A stretch of DNA of 64,000 bases, taken from the NCBI RefSeq assembly GCF_964204645.1, contig NC_134029.1, positions 22,376,950 through 22,440,949 of the forward strand. Reading direction: 5' to 3'. Each line of letters starts with the position of its first letter. Positions within the stretch are counted from its first letter, which is position 1. This document shows, piece after piece, positions 54,318 through 64,000 of this stretch. The DNA comes from Tubulanus polymorphus (lineage: Eukaryota > Animalia > Nemertea). A program made the translations under genes and the position numbers. Below the pieces are notes generated by a model. It had not been told where the DNA came from. It saw nothing but the letters and a program-made list of their open reading frames with translations, and made no database searches.

Positions 54318-54705
54318 TTGGTTCTCGAACGTCCGTAAGGAACCTTATTCTAGTACAGTCAGTCTGTTTGTATGTGTGTCTGTTTGTGAGTCTGACTTTC
54401 AGCATCTTCGCTTCATTTATAGTGGGTCGATCTTGATGAAACTTGGGTACAATGTTAGTACGGGGGTCTAGCTGTGCAGTGCAAAGAATGGGCCCAGTGT
54501 ACCACCTAGCGTCGAAACTAGGCACTAAAACTTATCCAGCAACATGACCTCGAAGATGACCTAGTTACTGAGGAACAAGGTCAAAAAGTTGTCTTGACAG
54601 AATCGGCCCTAGATACAATTTATCTAAAATGCAATGGGAACTAATGCAGGGCAGTTCCGGATTTCGAGTCTGAGCCCGAGAACCGTTGTCACCTATGGTT
54701 TGTTT
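54318..54705 (+). mobile_element. HINE/DINE-1-like non-autonomous element
   Basis: Subterminal IR GGTTCTCG (54320) / CGAGAACC (54677), a GTCT/GTTT simple tract, a cgatcttgatgaaactt block, and a degenerate 3' hairpin then TTT. Confidence 0.6.
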
Positions 54706-56035
54706 GAACTAGTATTCGTATATGAATGTTGCTCGGTTTGTATTGTATTACTAGGTGATGAGCAATCCCTGGCGGTTTCTTTGAATTTGATTCGTCTTTG
54801 ATATGCGTGTCTCACATCGGCGTTATATTGCACTCATATATCCGTAACCTTCTTTGTATTCATGAAAACAAACTGCAGTTGACATGTTTGATTTGGACCC
54901 CTTGATTGAAATCGAAGACGCCACCGCCGAGCCCCGGTGCTCAGGTGACGATCGAAATTTAATGACGGCTGAAATCTGATATCTCCTTCATTTCATATTT
55001 CATAATTTGAGCATTTGAACGAAATCATGAAAGTAATGCGTATGACATGTGATATAATTGTTTTTCTAAAGGCGCCGTAGGATTCGTATATAAAGAAATC
55101 GCAATTCCCCGCGTCACGATTGCGTCAAGAATGTTCTCCTGTTTAGTGAAATATTAAAGATCCCTCGATGATGGCTCGCTATAAACAGTCTGAACCCTGA
55201 TCTAGTTATAGATGTAATACCATATTCCCTGTATGTATTACGGAAAATACTATACATCTCATGAGAAATAACTGGCGTAGACGTCGGTATATTTCAGTCT
55301 CTGGGACCCTGCACTTGTCTGTCTTCATCTGTGTCCAAACATCTCGACGCTGTTCGCTCTACTCTCTCCCGCAGCGACTGCTGCCGAGACATTTTTGCCC
55401 GTTAACGAATTCGTTAATTCGACGACTCGCGTTTGATTAGAAAGGCGAACGACATGAAATATTTACCGGACGACGTCGAGAGTTAAACCAACTACAGCTG
55501 CATACCGATGTCATAGTCGTCGTTGTTGATGTATATGTTAAATACACTCATTTCATGACCTGCGGTCGTGTCACATGAAATTTAATATCACTCTGCGGAG
55601 AAATTGCTGATGGTAAATGACTGACTGGGGGTTGTGTGTGTAATTGTGCAGTTCAGTGTTTCAGCTGTGAAACTGTTCATGCGGTTTATGGTTAGCAATA
55701 ACGCTCGACGATACGACAACCGATTTGATGTCCGTTCTCTGAAATTCTTAAGCCGTCGTTCGTCGTTGATCTGAACAACAAGTGATTCGAAATATTTCTA
55801 GTAATAATTCTTCGACGAATGTTTATACTGATTTGTGATATGACTTTTCGCTGTTCGTAACATATTTTTATCCGCGCGAGGTTCTTGTACTCGTAATGCA
55901 TTTCTGAGAATCTTGGGTTCTCAGAATGGTAATAATAAAGTGATCGGCTCTTGATAATCCCTCTGAAATTATTTCTTGAAAATATTTCTATGCTAGATAG
56001 ATGACAGTCGTCAGAACAAGTGGATGAATCTGAAT

Positions 56036-56310
56036 AGCTGCATTCACATTCAACTTAGATGGTTCCAATTTGAAATGGACAAAGTATTCACACTAGTAAA
56101 AGTCCATTCCTAATAGGCTAACAAAAAAGATTCATCTTTGTTTGTTCAAAATCTCAGAACGGACCATTTCTCTTTGCTTGAATTGTCTGTCAATCACATG
56201 GTTGTGTCTAGCTGGACCAGTGATAACTGCTGAATTAAAAACAATGTGTGAATAAATGCACATCGTCGTTTGGTCTGTCCAAAAGTCCATTCCAAGTTCT
56301 GAGAACGTTG
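56036..56310 (-). mobile_element. MITE family B
   Basis: Starts AGCTGCATTCACA; contains tctagctggaccagtgataac and agaacggaccatttctc. Confidence 0.7.
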
Positions 56311-57060
56311 CTCATCTGCAGGAGTTACTTCTGCCGTTATGTGTAATTCATTTTCATTAATTCGACATAATAAAACTTCTTGCTCTAGGAACTGGACCCT
56401 GTTAATCAATTTCGTTATATCTCACACTCCTGAGGATGAAGTTTGGCTCTAATTCATCATATCAATGATATGGCAGAATTTCAAACAATAGATGATGAAT
56501 ATAGAAACAAAAACAGTTGTTATTTATGTATCAATGTATGGTGTGTGTGTTATCCCATCGTCTGGTCTCGTACGGTGCTTATGGCGGATACGTTATGCAT
56601 TGTATCTGTCTAATACTACTCGATTCATAGTCGATACATTTATCTCCGAAAACAATTAGTAGATATTGATGATTTCTCGTAGTTATACGGTCGTCCATAG
56701 CGCTGCGTGCGATGCGAGGAATTGGTAGCGTGATGCGAGGACATTGCGGCGAAAACTTGTCATTTCACCATTCACCGCTTTCTTCTATTTGATATCAAAT
56801 GAAACGTGCAACGTGCGCTACTCGAATTCATCCTGAATGTCAAAGCGTTAGTTCTCACTTGCGGAAATGTTTACTTGTTTTATCAAGGATTGTCGTCAGA
56901 CACCTCGACGTATTGAGTTTCAAAAAACAAGAGTTAGTCATTGAGTTCACGGAAGCTCCCTTTATTTCTGTCCGGCATTGTCATCATGAATCTTTATACG
57001 TTGACTAAGTAGACAATATCTGTTTTATTCTCGTCACTGATCCGTCGAATTTGAAAGAAA

Positions 57061-57278
57061 AGCCGCAATTCGGCCTGATTTTAATGCAGGATTTGGCCAG
57101 AATCGAGACAAATTTGGCTCATGCGTGATTAGAGAGCGCATTCACATCTAAGTTGCTCACTCGATACTAATCAACTCTGTGGCAAGTGAGGTGAATCACT
57201 TTCAGAACCAGTTAGCATTCACACGCAATAATTTGGCATGGACCTGGTCCATTAGTTTGGGTCAGGCCACATTTGGCT
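57061..57278 (+). mobile_element. MITE family A, decayed
   Basis: AGCCGCAATT start; attagagagcgcattcaca, gtggcaagtgaggtgaatcactt. Confidence 0.7.
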
Positions 57279-57450
57279 ATACTTTACAGACTTTCCATTT
57301 CTGATGCAAACGACCACAATTGATGAGTAGTGTTTACATGGCAGCGAATGTGTTATGAATCATAGATTAATATTGTACCGGATGTCATTCATTTTGATGT
57401 GTAGAGAATCCCACAATAATAACGAAAACATGATGTTAAGTCCAAAAATG

Positions 57451-58330
57451 TTTATTCAACGTTTTAACTATATCCTAATAGTCATCTACAGGAATACTGT
57501 ATTCCTTGAGCTAGTGTAGTTTATTCAACGTTTCAACTATATCCTAATAGTCATCTACAAGAATACTGTATTCCTTGAGCTAGTGTAGTTTATTCAACGT
57601 TTCAACTATATCCTAATAGTCATCTACAGGAATACTGTATTCCTTGAGCTAGTGTAGTTTATTTAACGTTTCAACTATATCCTAATAGTCATCTACAGGA
57701 ATACTGTATTCCTTGAGCTAGTGTAGTTTATTCAACGTTTCAACTATATCCTAATAGTGATCTACAAGAATACTGTATTCCTTGAGCTAGTGTAGTTTAT
57801 TCAACGTTTCAACTATATCCTAATAGTCATCTACAAGAATACTGTATTCCTTGAGCTAGTGTAGTTTATTCAACGTTTCAACTATATCCTAATAGTCATC
57901 CTCAAGAATACTGTATTCCTTGAGCTAGTGTAGTTTATTCAACGTTTCAACTATATCCCAATAGTCATCTACAGGAATACTGTATTCCTTGAGCTAGTGT
58001 AGTTTATTCAACGTTTCAACTATATCTTAATAGTCATCTACAGGAATACTGTATTCCTTGAGCTAGTGTAGTTTATTCAACGTTTCAACTATATCCCAAT
58101 AGTCATCTACAGGAATACTGTATTCCTTGAGCTAGTGTAGTTCATTCAATGTTTTAACTATATCCCAATAGTCATCTACAGGAATACTGTATTCCTTGAG
58201 CTAGTGTAGTTTATTCAACGTTTCGACAATAGCCTAATAGTCATCTTCAGGAATACTGTATTCCTTGAGCTAGTGTAGTTTATTCAATGTTTCGACTATA
58301 TTGTAATAGTCATCTTCAGGAATACTGTAT
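57451..58330. repeat. 69-bp tandem array, 13 copies, each a hammerhead-like motif on the minus strand
   Basis: The gtcatc anchor (gtgatc in one copy) recurs every 69 bp from 57481 to 58309. Confidence 0.95.
58212..58255 (-). ncRNA. Putative minimal type I hammerhead ribozyme (best-preserved array copy)
   Basis: UAUUC-CUGAAGA-U-GACUAU-UAGGCU-AUUGUC-GAAAC-GUU-GAAUA: stem I UAUUC/GAAUA, core CUGANGA and GAAA, and a loopless palindromic stem III (AACGUU). Confidence 0.65.
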
Positions 58331-60614
58331 CTTCAGGTGTAAATCTGAAGATAACTATTTGAATAAAGTCGAAACATAGAATGAACTACTAGCTCAAGGA
58401 AACATTCTCGAACTTAATATTATTTTTTCGTTATTATTATGGAATTCTCTATAGATTATCGTCAATAGTTGTCAATAGTTTCGTCAATGGTTGTCATTCA
58501 CTTTATTGCAGCAAATTCTAAACCTCATGTTTATTATTCATTAACTACTGATAATTGATCATTTTCTTGCTGCGCAGCCATAAAAAAAAAAACTAAACTT
58601 CTCGATGAACCAGATACGCGCGCTCTCAATTTACTGATTTATGCCTCGAAGCCGTAGAATTCCGAATTAGAAATGATTTTCCGTTCCGATATCGATCGTG
58701 CGAAAAATATGCGGTCCATTTCAAATAAAAACTCGCAAACACTTTAACGACACGTTTTAATGGGCTGCATGTTCCGAATAATCTATCGATCGGAATTTTC
58801 TTGAGAGTCGGAAATTGCCTCGAAAAATCGTCGTAGTTGAGAAGCGTATAGTGGCGGCGTTAATTATAGCGCTGAATGCGCGCAATCCGATTTCTTTAAC
58901 AACTTTCAATCGTCCGATTTCGTTATGGAAATATAGCCTGAAACAGTAATTTCCTATTCGCGACCCGCCGCGTTTTATTTGTGACGAAGTCGCGATTGAC
59001 AAACCGAGCAGGTCGCGCCGCGGTTCCCGTCACTTCGAACGGCGCGCATATGAATTAATGACACGTTCGAGTTCGTCGTTGCTGTGTAAACATAACCGTC
59101 TTCAGTTCGGGTGGAAGTTTGGGTTTTTTTTGGTTTTTTGGGTTTTGAAAGATGTTACTGAGGGTCATATTGTATACTGATTGATTTGAACGTTTTCTTT
59201 CATATTTCAATAAAATGTTCCTGAAAAAATTCAATGTGTTACTGATAGCACTTGTAACAAGTTGGCAGCCCTGGAAATGTTGAGGCTAAGGTTTCGATAC
59301 GAAAGTTCGGGCAACTTTCGACGCCGGGCTAAGAATCCATAATTGAATCGATGAAATTTATTCATTGCGCAATAAGCAGCAACAGCCGGCAGTAAAAAGT
59401 GCCGTAGAGCTGTGAAGTTATTTCGTATGCGCGACTCGGCGCGCGCTCGTTGTTTTATAGCCGACCTCTGCTATCTCTCGTTCCCATTCACTCTTTAAAG
59501 TCGACTTTATGGCGCGGCAAATCGACTAAGACGTCATCCGTTCGCCTGCTATATTACACCTGACTGGATAAAAAGAGATTATCCACACGTCGCTAACGAC
59601 TTTCTCTGTACCGGTGGTTTAATGATAACCGGCGCTGAGGAAAAAAATCTCAATTCTCGCCCATCGAAGTTCAGCTTTAGAGATGTTTTCACTTTTACAG
59701 TTTTTTTCGCGAGTGTTTTGGTCGCGTGCCAAAAGAAGCGAAAGGTGAAGTTCTCGAGGCAATTAGGATAAGATTCACCATCGGAAAGAACATTTTTGTG
59801 GTGTATATAGAAACTACTGTTGTACTGAATAACTGCTGCTGAGAATATTTTAAAAAAGTAACTTTCTACTCAAAAATTAGAAACCGAAAAGAAAATACGG
59901 GAAATATGAAAGTACTTTCAGCAAAAGTTGTGCTGTTTATAAATTTCGGTTTAGACATTCAAAAACCTTCGAGAAGCAGAGATCAAAAACATCGATCTCT
60001 TTTTATTCATCAGGGTCGTTTTTAATGAATAGTTAATGCACTTCTCGCTGCAAAAAAACAAAAACGAAGACGAGACAAATTTCGTTCAAAAGCTCATTAT
60101 TTCGCGAATTCATCTTAAGAAAATCAGTTTGCGTTCGATGACGTAAGATAAATCTGTAAATGGAAGTTAGACTGGCGCGTAGTTTTTCGCCCGTGGGGAC
60201 GCAATATGTAATTGTTGTGCGGCGTGTACCCGGCTCGCGTCGCCCGGCGTCGCCCCGCGATCACGATAATAAATGGGATGTGATTTAACCGGGGTTTAAG
60301 ATTTATGTGCTAGGGGTATACGAGTCAATAGGATTAACATTGACTGCTTTATTAGCTCGTTAGTATCCGTGCGCAACGTTCATGAATAATTCCTACCAAA
60401 ACACGTAAGGCGTTTACCGAGACTTGTCTTCTCGGTTTGTGTCATCGTTTTATGGCACGACGATGATACATTCCTCTACATCGCTCAACGTTCGACGATA
60501 TCGAAAAGGGGCTCATTCAACTTTTCAGCTCAGCGTAAATCGAGATGGTGCTAGTTTCGAGGCAGTTTTCATCATTAGAGTAAATATATAGACAATCCGA
60601 CAATATAATTTAAA

Positions 60615-60780
60615 TGTCTTAAAATGTTTCCTTGAGCTAGTGTAGTTTATTCAACGTTTCAACTTTATCCTAATAGTCATCTTCAGGAATACTTATTCCT
60701 GACAATTAGAGTCGGAACATTAAATAAACTACTCAAGAAAACTTTTTTCGGACTTTATATTACTTTTTTCTCATTATTAA
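60615..60780. mobile_element. Foldback family C element, decayed right arm
   Basis: Left arm aaaatgtttccttgagctagtgtagtttattcaacgtttc..., centre caggaatacttattcctg, right arm ...aataaactactcaagaaaacttttttcggacttta. Confidence 0.8.
60648..60691 (-). ncRNA. Putative minimal type I hammerhead ribozyme
   Basis: UAUUC-CUGAAGA-U-GACUAU-UAGGAU-AAAGUU-GAAAC-GUU-GAAUA; stem II is weakened by one mismatch and a G-U pair. Confidence 0.55.
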
Positions 60781-60894
60781 CATTTTACCATCACAACGCA
60801 GATATAGTGTTTTATCAATGATTATTAGGCAAAATCTGATTGCATATATACAATCAGTTGACTGATAAGATACGTTCTATCCCCAGTTGCAGCT

Positions 60895-61575
60895 AGTGGC
60901 TCATGTTCTACTTTCAGGCCTAAAACATTGGACCAGGGGTGTAACAATTTTTACCTTGGGTCAAATTATTGCATGTGAATTTTACCGGTTCAGGAAGTGA
61001 CTGACCTCACTTGCTCCTACGTCTTTTTGATAACATTTTAGTAACAAATGAGTGATTTACATGTGATGATTATATATATTATCGTCTGAAAATGTTTCCT
61101 TGAGCTAGTAGTTTATTCAACGTTTCGACTTTATCCTACGTGTCATATTACATCTTTTTGATAACATTTTAGTGCTCAGGCCGATTAGGTTTGGTCCGAG
61201 CCATCCTCCCACGGCAGGGATTCGAACCTGATGGCATCGCTACACTCAGCCAAGGCACGAACCCCTGCCACAGTAGACTGGGTGCGCAGGTACATGCGCA
61301 GCTTTGCCGCGTGAAAAAACTTGCGGCACCAATCAGATTGCTTGTTGTATAATCGCTGAGATCAATTTCACGGAAGAACTATAAATGGTGAAACCCGTGC
61401 TCAAATAAAATGGGATATCTAATTGGCTGATAATGACATCATCTAAGCTGCGCATGTAGCTGTGCACTCGGTCTAGTGTGGCAGGGTTTCGTACCGTGGC
61501 AATCTCGATGCCATCAGGTTCGAATCCCTGCCGGGGGAGGATGGGTCCGAGCCAAATTGTCTCTATCACGGTCTC
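60895..61575 (-). mobile_element. MITE family A interrupted by two other insertions
   Basis: Family A blocks lie at about 60915-61070, 61175-61200 and 61544-61572, around a family C arm (about 61080-61145) and the 61202-61543 element. Confidence 0.65.
61202..61543. mobile_element. 342-bp foldback element with about 100-bp TIRs and 9-bp TSD (Mutator-like)
   Basis: ggtccgagc|CATCCTCCC...GGGAGGATG|ggtccgagc, with the TSD at 61193-61201 and 61544-61552. The TIRs contain GGTTCGAATCCC. Confidence 0.85.
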
Positions 61576-62326
61576 CTTTTTATCTTCAAATAGAAAAAGC
61601 CGTCTTACGAAATCAAAAAGTAGTTGCTGTAACTGACCTATATCTGATGCCGGAATATACTGGTAATGTTTAATTCATTCAAATGAGCATTTTAAAAAGA
61701 AATCTGCTACGTGTGAATGCACGTATGCATTATTAATAAGGCCCGGATTTTGACGTAATTCCAAGAATTTCTTCCGATATATCGTTACATTTTTCAAAAT
61801 TCCATAGAAAACGTCGTCGCAGTCGTTGAATGAACAGATTTCTTCGATTTGTATAACGAACTAATTTAGTATTCATCGTGTGTTGAGACGCCATCGATTG
61901 TTTAGTCAATCTAAAACGAACATTGACGATATTTTTTTTTCGTATGGCTCGGCTGTCGGGCGAGAAATCGTTACCGATCTCGTCGGGCTATCGGCAAAAA
62001 CAACCGAGGTCGATATCTGAATATCAACGACGAGTAGATATAGGTTCGATAAAATATGGCGCTACTGTTATTAATTGGCATAAAATGATCTGAATCGCGA
62101 GGCAGCGAAAGCCGGGATATTAATTGGTCGATCTGTATCTAGAAAAATGGTGTATTTGCACCGAGAGGCGAAATCTTACTGTAATGATGTCATTAGTTAC
62201 AGCTAGAAAAATAGAAAGAGCATTGATTAATGTCCGCGTGACAGTCATTTGTTTCAGACATTGGAAATGTTTTAGACTTGACCTAGTTTCGAAGGTTTCG
62301 AAGACATGCCTGCTTGATTTATCATA

Positions 62327-62614
62327 AGCCACACATAAGTTCAAACTGGTGGCCCATTTGGTCCATTCCATTGAGAATGGTCCAATTTAGCTCAAAAGGG
62401 CCATTCTTAATTTTAGAATGGACCATTTCTCAGTGGGAATAGAAACTTTGCTTGTCTGTCAATCATAGTGTTGCATCTAGCTGGACCAGTGAAAACAGCT
62501 GATTTAAAAACATGTATGAACGCACAACATTGATTTGGTCCATTCTATATTGGTCCATTCTTGGTGCAGGCTAGAAATTAGAGTGGACTAACTGGCGATA
62601 GTGTGAACGTGGCT
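62327..62614 (-). mobile_element. MITE family B
   Basis: AGCCACAC...GTGTGAACGTGGCT with family B internal blocks. Confidence 0.8.
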
Positions 62615-62693
62615 CACTAAGTCATCATCACATTTAGTACATCTGAAATGCTCTATCCCATTATATCTACCATCCAGCTGTTTGGTTGGTATA

Positions 62694-63106
62694 TATAGAC
62701 AGTATGGAGGGTGGTATAGACAGTATAGAGGGTGGTATAGACAGTATAGAGGGGGATACAGACAGTATAGAGGGTGATATAGACAGTATAGAGGGTGGTA
62801 TAGACAGTATAGAGGGTGGTATAGACAGTATAGAGGGTGGTATAGACAGTATAGAGGGTGGTATAGACAGTATAGAGGGGGATACAGACAGTATAGAGGG
62901 TGATATAGACAGTATAGAGGGTGGTATAGACAGTATAGAGGGTGATACAGACAGTATAGAGGGTTGTATAGACAGTATAGAGGGTGGTATAGACAATATA
63001 GAGGGTGATACAGACAGTATGGAGTGTGATACAGACAGTATAGAGGGTGGTATAGACAGTATAGAGGGTGATATAGACAGTATAGAGGGTGATATAGACA
63101 GTATAG
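62694..63106. repeat. 21-bp minisatellite (tatagacagtatagagggtgg), about 20 copies
   Basis: Read directly; it explains the three overlapping repetitive ORFs. Confidence 0.95.
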
Positions 63107-64000
63107 ATGAGTTAAGACAAAGACTGCTGGTATAGCTGATCTGATTAACAGCACTGTTTCAGACCGAGCAATCTACCGCTGTATTCATCTAATGCTACTT
63201 GACTCGTGACTGTGGCTAACTAGCCGGCGGTCATTCGTAACTCTGTAATGACCGATCGCCGCTAAGTCAACAATATTGTCACTGACATTCATGGCAACAG
63301 CGATCGCTAAGCTGCTGTTTGTAACGGAGTTATCGAACCAACTGAATCAGTTTCCGAAACTTTTCTCGTTGAGGTGGCTCGAGATATTCTGAGGTCGTAT
63401 AAGTATCTTTCGCTCCGTGGTCTGATAAACCTAAGTATATTTATTACATGTAATTATAGATATGAAAATATGACGAAATCCGTGGTTTTTTGGCGAATGT
63501 TTACTTTTGATCAACATCCAATCAGGCTTAGATCGATGGATACTTATTTGATGGTTCGGTCGATTAGAATTTGCCCAATTACATATAATCTAAATGGACC
63601 GATATTTGGGTTATCGGTTGTCTGAGATCGGGAGTCTAATGAAAAAATGTCTCTATTACTATCGCGAAATATTTGATGAAGGAAATACCTCGGGAGCTCA
63701 GTTTGAATCTGGGTGCATTCAATCGACATCGCATCAAGGATTCTCTTAAATCTTGTTTTTAGCGCTGTAAGCTTTAAATAATTCACACGCTATTAGCATG
63801 ATCGGTAGAGACTTATGAGTGGGTATCATCATCGCTGTCGTCCTTGGAATGTCTCATAAATTCACTCGTACATCGCGTATTCGAGTCTGATGCGTCGAGG
63901 TACTCGGGTATTCGAGTGACGAACACGGCGCAATTTTCGATGAGCTTTCCGAGTGAAACAACGAAGGATTAGGCATTTTTTAGATACCTCGGATGACAGA

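Larger units (their letters stand above)
57402..58451. mobile_element. Foldback family C element whose left arm has been amplified in tandem
   Basis: Outer ends tagagaatcccacaataataacgaaaa... and ...ttttcgttattattatggaattctcta are inverted. A single inverted arm lies at about 58345-58451. Confidence 0.85.

Noticed and set aside
57451-58330. CRISPR array
   Set aside because: Units are near-identical over the full 69 bp with no unique spacers; there are no cas genes and the context is eukaryotic.
61465-61540. tRNA gene
   Set aside because: A- and B-box-like motifs are present, but there is no clear D or anticodon arm and it is one TIR of a TSD-flanked element.
62279-62289. ROR-type response element (also about 54558)
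   Set aside because: A short AT-rich motif expected to occur by chance in 64 kb; one copy lies inside a repeat.
62588-63154. ORFs of 188, 149 and 109 aa (YCLYHPL / GIDSIEG repeats)
   Set aside because: They are by-products of a 21-bp minisatellite that is open in several frames on both strands.

Overview
Eukaryotic, AT-rich, almost entirely non-coding DNA, most likely from a bilaterian invertebrate (inference from GT-AG splice signals, an Inr+DPE core promoter, CTCF-like motifs and animal-type transposon remnants). None of the supplied ORFs resembles a complete protein I recognise. The window reads as the 5' part of one large + strand gene with long introns. It has candidate small exons at 13093-13133, 26838-26953 (ATG) and 45875-45922, plus a likely alternative promoter near 49535 whose exon ends at 51713. 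All three coding candidates end in phase 1, so they probably join a shared exon beyond the window; the gene is unidentified. The introns are dense with non-autonomous elements: about 20 copies of two related PIF/Harbinger-like MITE families, CWG-target MITEs, Helentron-associated (HINE-like) elements, hAT-like remnants, a 9-bp-TSD foldback element with tRNA-like TIRs, and several minisatellites. The most notable signal is two families of foldback elements carrying minimal type I hammerhead ribozyme motifs of the kind known from Penelope-like elements. One copy has expanded into a 13 x 69-bp tandem array at about 57.45-58.33 kb. No CRISPR array, rRNA or bona fide tRNA was found. All calls were made by eye, and boundaries of decayed elements are approximate.
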